Source: a virus (Duplodnaviria; Caudoviricetes). Taken from it: DNA of 48,149 nucleotides. Positions within the stretch are counted from its first letter, which is position 1, and the number at the start of each line of letters is the position of its first letter. The stretch is from positions 1-48,149 of IMG/VR virus record IMGVR_UViG_3300012913_000001; one strand, given 5' to 3'. The translations under genes and the position numbers were made by a program. The notes below the pieces were generated by a model. It was given only the letters and a program-made list of their open reading frames with translations, did no database searches and was not told the origin of the DNA. Positions 42,206 through 48,149 of the stretch are shown here, one piece after another.

Positions 42206-44898
42206 CAGCCGGACCTTCCCAAAAGATTCGCGCTGTTGCCCATGATGAGCCCAACGGTCCGACTGTCCATTTTCACGGTAACCCCGGCCCGGACAAACGC
42301 TTTGGCAACGTGATCACCCAGCTTCTGGTAATCGATGTCACCCCCTGTACGGCCCCCAGCGCTCTCCACCGGTCGCCGGTCCAGCACCCGGACCAAGCCG
42401 TCAAACGAGCGCGTCTGAGCCGACGTCAGGATGCGCTCCGGCCGACCTGAGCGGTTCACCGCCAGCCCCCCGCTGGGGAGTTCGCCGCCCGCGTCGAACA
42501 GTAGCTCGCGCCGGAGAGTCTCTCCCAGGAAGCTCCGGCCCCGGCTGCTCAGGAGATCGAACGGCGGATCACCCACCGACCCACCCTTGGCGTACCCGCT
42601 CAGGTGATAGAGCCCGGAGAACAGCGCGTCACGAGCACCCCGGGCCCCGGAGCCGACCCGGACGCCGACACCACCCGCGCTCTCCACGTTCACCCCGTTG
42701 ATGGTGCCGGCCATGTGGCCGGGGTTCCCACGGAACGAGCCGATCGAGAACGAGCCCCCACCCGGAACGAAGCCGGCGGCTGGGAAGCCGGCCGTGGAGA
42801 ATCGACGCGAGTAGGGGTTCTTTCCCTGGATCACGTTCAGTAGTGCGGACATGAACCCGGAGCAGTCGTACCCGCTGGGGCCGACTCCACCCCAGAGGTA
42901 GGGCTTTCCGACCTGAGAGCGCGCGAAGTTCAGAGCCCCTCCAAGGGAAGGGTTGTAACCCACGGCTTTCTCTGCCGTCTTCTGGATCGCAATCGCACTG
43001 ATCTGGGCCGCGCTCCGGCCAGCGCGCGACAGTGCCAGGTTCAGGCTGGAGACCATGCCCCCGGACGCCATGCCCAGCACACCGTTTCGCATGGCCTTCA
43101 TCGCTCCATGGCCCCCGGCTGCTTGAACTTCGCGTGTGGTCCAGACGTGCTCACCGGGCATGAGCATTGCCGGAACACTGTCCTCACCGGACTTGCCCCC
43201 GAAAACGCCACCACCGGTAGCGAAAGCAGTGGTTCCACCTCGACCACCGGGGATGCCGGAGCCGATCCGGACGCCGTAGAGGGTGCGCGGAAGGTTGTTC
43301 ACCAGACGGATTTTCACGAAAGCTTGTTCGTCGTCGATCCCGTTCAGGGCTGCGTTCACCTTGAGCTTGAACTTGTCGAACTCAAGTGCAGCTTTCTTCA
43401 GCTTCGGCCCAATGCCTGGCATCCAGCCGAAAGCCCTAGCGGCAGCATGAACCACGTCACCCGCCATGTTCAGCGCGTACTTCGTGATTCCTCTGAACGC
43501 ACTCTGGATGATGTCTCGTGCACGGTCAGAGCGTTTATACAGGATCACGATGCCGGCCGTTAACAGGGCAATAGCTACGATGACAAGCCCGATGGGGTTA
43601 GCCGTCAACGCCGCGTTCAACAGCCACTGGGCTCCGGTCCACAGGGTGGTTGCTGCTTTCGCAACCCCTGAAGCTATCGCCACACCAACGGTTTTCGCTT
43701 TGGCCAACGCGAGCGCTGGGTTCAACGCAGCGAAGCCCGTCACGATGCCGGCGACCTGGCCACCCATCGCCAGAGCGGGTCCGCCGAAGCTGACCACTCC
43801 AGCGGTGATGGCCCCTAGTGGTCCGTCACTCGCAGCCATGGACTGAGTCCATTGCTCAAACCCACGCTTCATCGTGTCGATGTTGGCTTTGCCGGTTTCC
43901 CCAAGTGTTTGGTCCATTCGGTCAGCAGCCCCGGTAACGTTCCCCATTTCCTTGACAGCGCTGGAAGTGTCCAGTTTGAACAGTGCTTGCCCCAGGTCTT
44001 CTGACTGGGTACCGAACAGAGCGGTAGCGATCGCTGCTTGCTTGGCAGGGTCTTTCACGGCCCGGAGCTTGTCCAACAGGGTTCCCAGCGCTTCCTTCGC
44101 ACTGTCGCCACCCTTGGCAAACGCTGCTTGCATCTCCTTCGCGTTCAGACCCAGTCCCTTGAATCCATCCTTCGTGGTTTTCGATCCGTCGATAGCCCGG
44201 ATGCTCAGTTCCTTGAGCGAGTCCGCCACCAAGTCCGCGTCACGCGCGCCACCCTTGAGTCCCTGGGAGAGCAGGCCAGTAGCTTCCTTGCCGTTCAAAC
44301 CCAGCTTACGGAACTGAGTTCCGTACTCATTGAACGTGTCGAGCAGATCCTCGGAGCTGTTGACACCCTTCTGGAATCCGACCGTGAGTACGTCGATGGC
44401 TTCGCCAGAGTTCTTTACCAGGCCCGTTCTGATCATCTGATCGATGGAACGTGTGATGGCACCGGACGTTTCACCAGTGGTCTTGCTCAGGTTCAGAACC
44501 TTTTTGGTGACCTTCTGAAGTGCTTCATCGGACGCCGACCCCATCCCGGAGATGTTGGTCATGACATCCTTGATGGCCCCGTTCACTTCTTCCATCGACG
44601 AACCGTAGTTGGCTGCGTAGATGGCACCGGCCGACTTACCCACCTTGGCCGACTGATCCTTGGTCAGACCAAGCTGAGCCCCCAACATGGCGCGACCTTC
44701 CTCAAGATCCAGGTTCTGCGAAAACCCAGACGCGAGAAGACCACCGGCCGTGGCCCCGGCTGCGAGCGCACCCTTGCCGATGTGGCCGGCCATATTCTTG
44801 AACTTTTTGTCAGCTTCGTCAGAGACCTTCCCCAGGTCACTGATTCCACCCTTGGCCCCGTGATCCTTCCAGAAGACGTCGAAAGACAGCGTAGTCAT
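42205..44898 (-). CDS. Tape measure protein with C-terminal NlpC/P60 peptidase
   Basis: DLLDTFNEYG, LFGTQSEDLG, ANPIGLVI; GKPYLWGG..GYDCSG...GHMA. Confidence 0.92.
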   Translation of the reverse strand: MTTLSFDVFWKDHGAKGGISDLGKVSDEADKKFKNMAGHIGKGALAAGATAGGLLASGFSQNLDLEEGRAMLGAQLGLTKDQSAKVGKSAGAIYAANYGSSMEEVNGAIKDVMTNISGMGSASDEALQKVTKKVLNLSKTTGETSGAITRSIDQMIRTGLVKNSGEAIDVLTVGFQKGVNSSEDLLDTFNEYGTQFRKLGLNGKEATGLLSQGLKGGARDADLVADSLKELSIRAIDGSKTTKDGFKGLGLNAKEMQAAFAKGGDSAKEALGTLLDKLRAVKDPAKQAAIATALFGTQSEDLGQALFKLDTSSAVKEMGNVTGAADRMDQTLGETGKANIDTMKRGFEQWTQSMAASDGPLGAITAGVVSFGGPALAMGGQVAGIVTGFAALNPALALAKAKTVGVAIASGVAKAATTLWTGAQWLLNAALTANPIGLVIVAIALLTAGIVILYKRSDRARDIIQSAFRGITKYALNMAGDVVHAAARAFGWMPGIGPKLKKAALEFDKFKLKVNAALNGIDDEQAFVKIRLVNNLPRTLYGVRIGSGIPGGRGGTTAFATGGGVFGGKSGEDSVPAMLMPGEHVWTTREVQAAGGHGAMKAMRNGVLGMASGGMVSSLNLALSRAGRSAAQISAIAIQKTAEKAVGYNPSLGGALNFARSQVGKPYLWGGVGPSGYDCSGFMSALLNVIQGKNPYSRRFSTAGFPAAGFVPGGGSFSIGSFRGNPGHMAGTINGVNVESAGGVGVRVGSGARGARDALFSGLYHLSGYAKGGSVGDPPFDLLSSRGRSFLGETLRRELLFDAGGELPSGGLAVNRSGRPERILTSAQTRSFDGLVRVLDRRPVESAGGRTGGDIDYQKLGDHVAKAFVRAGVTVKMDSRTVGLIMGNSANLLGRSG

Positions 44899-45386
44899 TA
44901 GCCTCTACCTTCCAGGGCTTTCGCCACACGGTCCATCGAACTCTCAAGTTCCTTGTTTGCTGTAGCACTCGCTGCTTTGGTGGGGATCGTCCACCATCCA
45001 GGCCGCACCTTCTGGACCACCCAGACACGCTGGTCGCGGTACGTGTGGTGCAGACTCTGACGCTTCTGACGAAACACCTTCTGAAGACGTGACTTTCGAC
45101 GGAACACCGGCCGGCGAACGAAGCCCTGATTGATCTTGTAAAGCTGGTACTCGTTCTTCATCCGGAACTTGATCCCGTACGCTTGCTTGCTGATCGAGAT
45201 TTTGGACTTGGACGCCACGTCCACGTTCAACCCACCCTTCTTCGGAAGGATGCGAAGTGCGCTGGCCGGAGCCGACTTTCGCAACGGCATGACGGAGTTA
45301 CGGATGCCGGCGTTCAGTTCCTTGGTCAGGTCCTTCGCGCCAACGTCCTTACACCGCTTGGCCAGCGCCTTCAAATCATCGGTCAC
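44898..45386 (-). CDS. HK97 gp10-like tail-completion protein
   Basis: Basic; DLKALAKR...INQGFVRRPVF...VQKVRPGWW. Confidence 0.6.
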   Translation of the reverse strand: MTDDLKALAKRCKDVGAKDLTKELNAGIRNSVMPLRKSAPASALRILPKKGGLNVDVASKSKISISKQAYGIKFRMKNEYQLYKINQGFVRRPVFRRKSRLQKVFRQKRQSLHHTYRDQRVWVVQKVRPGWWTIPTKAASATANKELESSMDRVAKALEGRG

Positions 45387-45516
45387 GAGTCAGCCATTCC
45401 ACAGCGTCAGTCAGTTCCAGCAGGGTCCAGCGATCTAGTTCTCGGAGCCCGGAAGCGAGTCCCGCACAACAAATCTCGAATCTCCAGCTTCTGAGTTCTC
45501 CGAAGGATCTTTTAAA
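45376..45516 (-). CDS. Tail assembly chaperone gpGT extension via -1 programmed frameshift
   Basis: T TTA AAA at 45516-45510; -1 frame reads RSFGELRSWRFEICCAGLASGLRELDRWTLLELTDAVEWLTRDR*. Confidence 0.75.
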   Translation of the reverse strand, partial: FKRSFGELRSWRFEICCAGLASGLRELDRWTLLELTDAVEWLTRDR

Positions 45517-45911
45517 TCCGGGCTGATCCCCTCATCTCCCTGGTAGGTCTGGTTCAAGTTCAGGGAGTCAACCAGGAACTTCTTTTGATCGTCGTCCATG
45601 TTCGGGTTGTCCTGAATGGACTTGAGGAACCGTGCCGACTCGTCGTCGGTCAACGTGATCCGCAGAGCCGACAACGGGTAGTTCAGATCCGTGAACTTCA
45701 GCCCCGGCTGGGAACGCCGCATCATGATCCACAGAGCCGCTTTGTGCGCTCGTGCAGACCCTTTCAAGAACATCTGGCCGAATTCCTCGAACGTCTCCCA
45801 TTTTCCTTGGGGCAGATCTTCGATGGCTTCCGCCTCGACCGACATCAACTTTGCCGGCTCGAAATCGAACTCCAGCCGATCGGCGTCCGGCGGTTCGTAA
45901 ACAAGCTTCAT
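45435..45911 (-). CDS. Tail assembly chaperone (gpG-like)
   Basis: LMSVEAEAIE, ALWIMMRRSQPGLKF; slippery heptamer near 3' end. Confidence 0.75.
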   Translation of the reverse strand: MKLVYEPPDADRLEFDFEPAKLMSVEAEAIEDLPQGKWETFEEFGQMFLKGSARAHKAALWIMMRRSQPGLKFTDLNYPLSALRITLTDDESARFLKSIQDNPNMDDDQKKFLVDSLNLNQTYQGDEGISPDLKDPSENSEAGDSRFVVRDSLPGSEN

Positions 45912-46303
45912 GATTGGGTCTCCCTCAAGACAACTGGAATGAACAGAGCGGACGGCTGGGGTAGTTCTTGTGCCTGGTCTCCTGCGATCCCGGACGCCGT
46001 GCACCGATGGCACCGAATCGGAGGAGTCGCTTTGTACGCGAATTCCTTTGCCGGATCAGTGGTTTCGGCCAGTGGGTGGTGACACCCCGGGCAGAGATCG
46101 TTCTCGTACTCTTGGAGCTGGAGCGCGGCCACGGTGTCTTCTTCCGTCCAGGCCGGCTCCGTCGTGCTGATCTGTGCGCCGTCCGCCGCTGTGCGAGTGA
46201 TCGTCGTGAGCACCCGCCCCGTGAAGACGGACGGCGACACACCCCAGCTCCGCGCGGCTTGGAGAACCGCACGGTGCTGGGGGTTGGTGATGTCGTAGAT
46301 CAC
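45908..46303 (-). CDS. Zn-finger protein resembling another family of gpT-type tail chaperones
   Basis: ARSWGVSPSVF, WTEED..AAL, CPGC, RCHRC; coupled to major tail gene. Confidence 0.6.
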   Translation of the reverse strand: MIYDITNPQHRAVLQAARSWGVSPSVFTGRVLTTITRTAADGAQISTTEPAWTEEDTVAALQLQEYENDLCPGCHHPLAETTDPAKEFAYKATPPIRCHRCTASGIAGDQAQELPQPSALFIPVVLRETQS

Positions 46304-46779
46304 GCCACCGTGGCCCGGAGGTTCGGCTGAACCGTGATCTTCGCCATCACTTCGTACTTGTGCACGGAGTTGGCTTCCGGGGCCAGGTTTCGAACCTCGC
46401 CGCACTGCACCGGGTAGACCTCCACTTTGTCCGACGTCGCCCACGCCGTGCCGGCCGTGACGTCGCGCCGAACCACGATGTTGGTCGCGAACCCGTAAAC
46501 CAGGGTGTTGTAGACCGAGTCGGTACCGACCTGCTTGATCAGCCGAATCAGGGTTCCGGAGAACGACACCCGACCGGCCGAGACCGTGCTGAACGTGGAG
46601 TTGAGCTTGGAGTTGTCGACGTCCCCGGTATCCGGCTCGAACCCCACCAAGCCGTCCGGGGTCATCAGCCCGTCCAGGGCCACGCCTGCGTTGAGTTCCG
46701 CCACGGTCGGGGCCGCGATGTTGGCAATGGACGGGACGGAATAAACCTTCGTCCTACCATCGGCATTGCTGTCAGCCAT
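46300..46779 (-). CDS. Major tail protein
   Basis: VPSIANIAAPTVAELNAG...VVRR...DKVEVYPV. Confidence 0.85.
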   Translation of the reverse strand: MADSNADGRTKVYSVPSIANIAAPTVAELNAGVALDGLMTPDGLVGFEPDTGDVDNSKLNSTFSTVSAGRVSFSGTLIRLIKQVGTDSVYNTLVYGFATNIVVRRDVTAGTAWATSDKVEVYPVQCGEVRNLAPEANSVHKYEVMAKITVQPNLRATVA

Positions 46780-47165
46780 CAGGCTTTCTCCTTCTCATCG
46801 GTAGCCTTGACGGATGCCACGGCTTTCTTGGTGGTTTTCGCGGCTTCGGGCTTCAAAGCCGTTTCCGGGTCTCCGGCGATGTCGTCCGGCCCCGGAGGGT
46901 AGACCCAGCCCGCTTGCATCGCTCCGGCGATGGCGTCCGGGTTGTTGGGGTAGTCGTGGGTGGCGTCCACGGCGGGATGATAAAGCGTCACCCACTCAGA
47001 GAGCTGGACCATCTGTCCGCCGTCTGCGCTGGGGACGAACGGTCGTTCCACCGGAGCGTCCGTGATCACCCAGCCGTGGGCCTCGTGCCACTCACGCACA
47101 CCGGGTTCGTCCGGAACCGTGGTGGTGCCACCGGTTTCGGAATTCTTGAAGTAGATCCAGTCCAT
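46779..47165 (-). CDS. Hypothetical virion-associated protein
   Basis: ATG 47165; two H/E..GW repeats. Confidence 0.6.
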   Translation of the reverse strand: MDWIYFKNSETGGTTTVPDEPGVREWHEAHGWVITDAPVERPFVPSADGGQMVQLSEWVTLYHPAVDATHDYPNNPDAIAGAMQAGWVYPPGPDDIAGDPETALKPEAAKTTKKAVASVKATDEKEKA

Positions 47166-47175
47166 GCGTGATCCC

Positions 47176-47496
47176 CTACCGGGTGAGCCATTCACCGGTG
47201 ATCGTCGTGGCGTTGGAAAACGTCACGGTGATCAGTCCGGTGGACGGGTTGACGAGTGCGGCCGGAACCGCAATGAACATCTTGGCCGATGCGCCGACCA
47301 CGATGGCGAGTCCGGTACCCGCGTTGCCGGCCGGGGTGGAGCCCCCGTCCACGAGGGTCACCGTGGACGACGTGGCACCGTTCTCCACGTGGAGAATGAT
47401 GTCGTCCAGCGGCTGAATCGTTTCGGTCAGAGCCGGTGCGTTCAGCGCCGCACTCGTTCCAGCAGCCGCGATTGTGCGAACAGCAGCCAAAGCCAT
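47176..47496 (-). CDS. Small virion structural protein
   Basis: GGGAG RBS; ILHVENG...STGLITVTFS beta-rich pattern. Confidence 0.65.
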   Translation of the reverse strand: MALAAVRTIAAAGTSAALNAPALTETIQPLDDIILHVENGATSSTVTLVDGGSTPAGNAGTGLAIVVGASAKMFIAVPAALVNPSTGLITVTFSNATTITGEWLTR

Positions 47497-47505
47497 TGTT
47501 ACTCC

Positions 47506-47961
47506 CTAGATTTGGGTCCAGTAGGTGATGGTGAAGGGAGCAATGATGGCTGCCCCTAAATCTGTTTGAACGGGCATCATGTCACCGGCTGACAGCCGCA
47601 TGGACGAAACCTGATCTCCTAGTGTCGGATTTGCTTTCACGTACGCGGCGCACACGTTCAGCAGGACTCCGGCTCGAACCCGGACAGAATCAATCTTCGT
47701 ACTGCCGGACTGAGCGATCACAGCACATGGGATAGATCCGGTCTCTTTCGCCCGCGTCTGCGAAAGGTTCGCCCACTCTTGTTCGTACGTCGCAACGGTG
47801 TCAGATTCCGGGTCTCCGTCATCTCCGATTGTCACGATGTCTTTTGCGGAACTCCCTGACGGGGAGGAACTGTCGTCCACGAGCACCCCCGTCAGGCCGG
47901 GCAGTCCCTGGAACGCCAGCACGAGCGCGCTGACTACTCCGGGCAACGCTACGTCGGCCAT
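47506..47961 (-). CDS. Tail terminator-like protein
   Basis: GGAGG RBS; position after adaptor; ANPTLG motif. Confidence 0.65.
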   Translation of the reverse strand: MADVALPGVVSALVLAFQGLPGLTGVLVDDSSSPSGSSAKDIVTIGDDGDPESDTVATYEQEWANLSQTRAKETGSIPCAVIAQSGSTKIDSVRVRAGVLLNVCAAYVKANPTLGDQVSSMRLSAGDMMPVQTDLGAAIIAPFTITYWTQI

Positions 47962-47996
47962 GATTCCTCCCTTCCGTTTACACAGATCATCGCACG

Positions 47997-48149
47997 TCAG
48001 CCGACCGACGGGCCCAGGTCATCGGGACGAAGAAGCTCCACGGCCCGGTTGGGGATGGCGTACCCGAAGCCCGGAATCACGGTGGTGTCCACCCCACCCT
48101 GAAGCGGCAACCGAGCCGGCCCCCGCTGTGTCTCCCACAGGTGGGCGAG
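47997..48149 (-). CDS. Head-to-tail adaptor, 3' part
   Basis: Reads ...FGYAIPNRAVELLRPDDLGPSVG*; stop at 47997-47999. Confidence 0.85.
   Translation of the reverse strand, partial: LAHLWETQRGPARLPLQGGVDTTVIPGFGYAIPNRAVELLRPDDLGPSVG
48027..48149. repeat. Terminal direct repeat, right copy
   Basis: Identical to 1-123. Confidence 0.97.

Noticed and set aside
47381-47396. Palindrome TTCTCCACGTGGAGAA as parS
   Set aside because: Four mismatches to the consensus and explained by the coding sequence ILHVEN

Overview
This window looks like a complete, circularly assembled ~48.0 kb genome of a tailed, siphovirus-type phage with an HK97-type capsid. Bases 1-123 repeat exactly at 48027-48149. The host is inferred to be a high-GC actinobacterium. 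The minus-strand virion arm runs across the origin: two HNH genes, terS, terL, portal, prohead protease, major capsid, a block of fibre/depolymerase-like genes, head-tail adaptor, major tail protein, frameshifted tail chaperones, tape measure with NlpC/P60, two minor tail proteins, then amidase endolysin and holins. The replication arm encodes EndoVII, a primase-polymerase/helicase with a downstream repeat-rich ori candidate, a C5 methyltransferase, PolA, an SF2 helicase, a PD-(D/E)XK exonuclease and an SSB-like protein. No integrase or ParA was recognised. Most notable: (1) an actinomycete plasmid-type conjugation/spreading module (TraB/FtsK translocase plus Spd/DUF2637-like membrane-HTH proteins) with ~34 GGCTCA/TGAGCC repeats written into the coding sequence, together with a perfect chromosomal parS 16-mer, suggesting virion-independent spread or segregation in mycelium; (2) a structured ncRNA cluster with two tRNA mimics lacking a usable anticodon; (3) an EndoVII-type homing endonuclease that replaced the polA 3' end and left the old end as a translationally coupled 34-aa ORF; (4) a YidD-like gene; (5) several phage-specific regulatory motifs. 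All product calls come from motif recognition by eye, not database searches.
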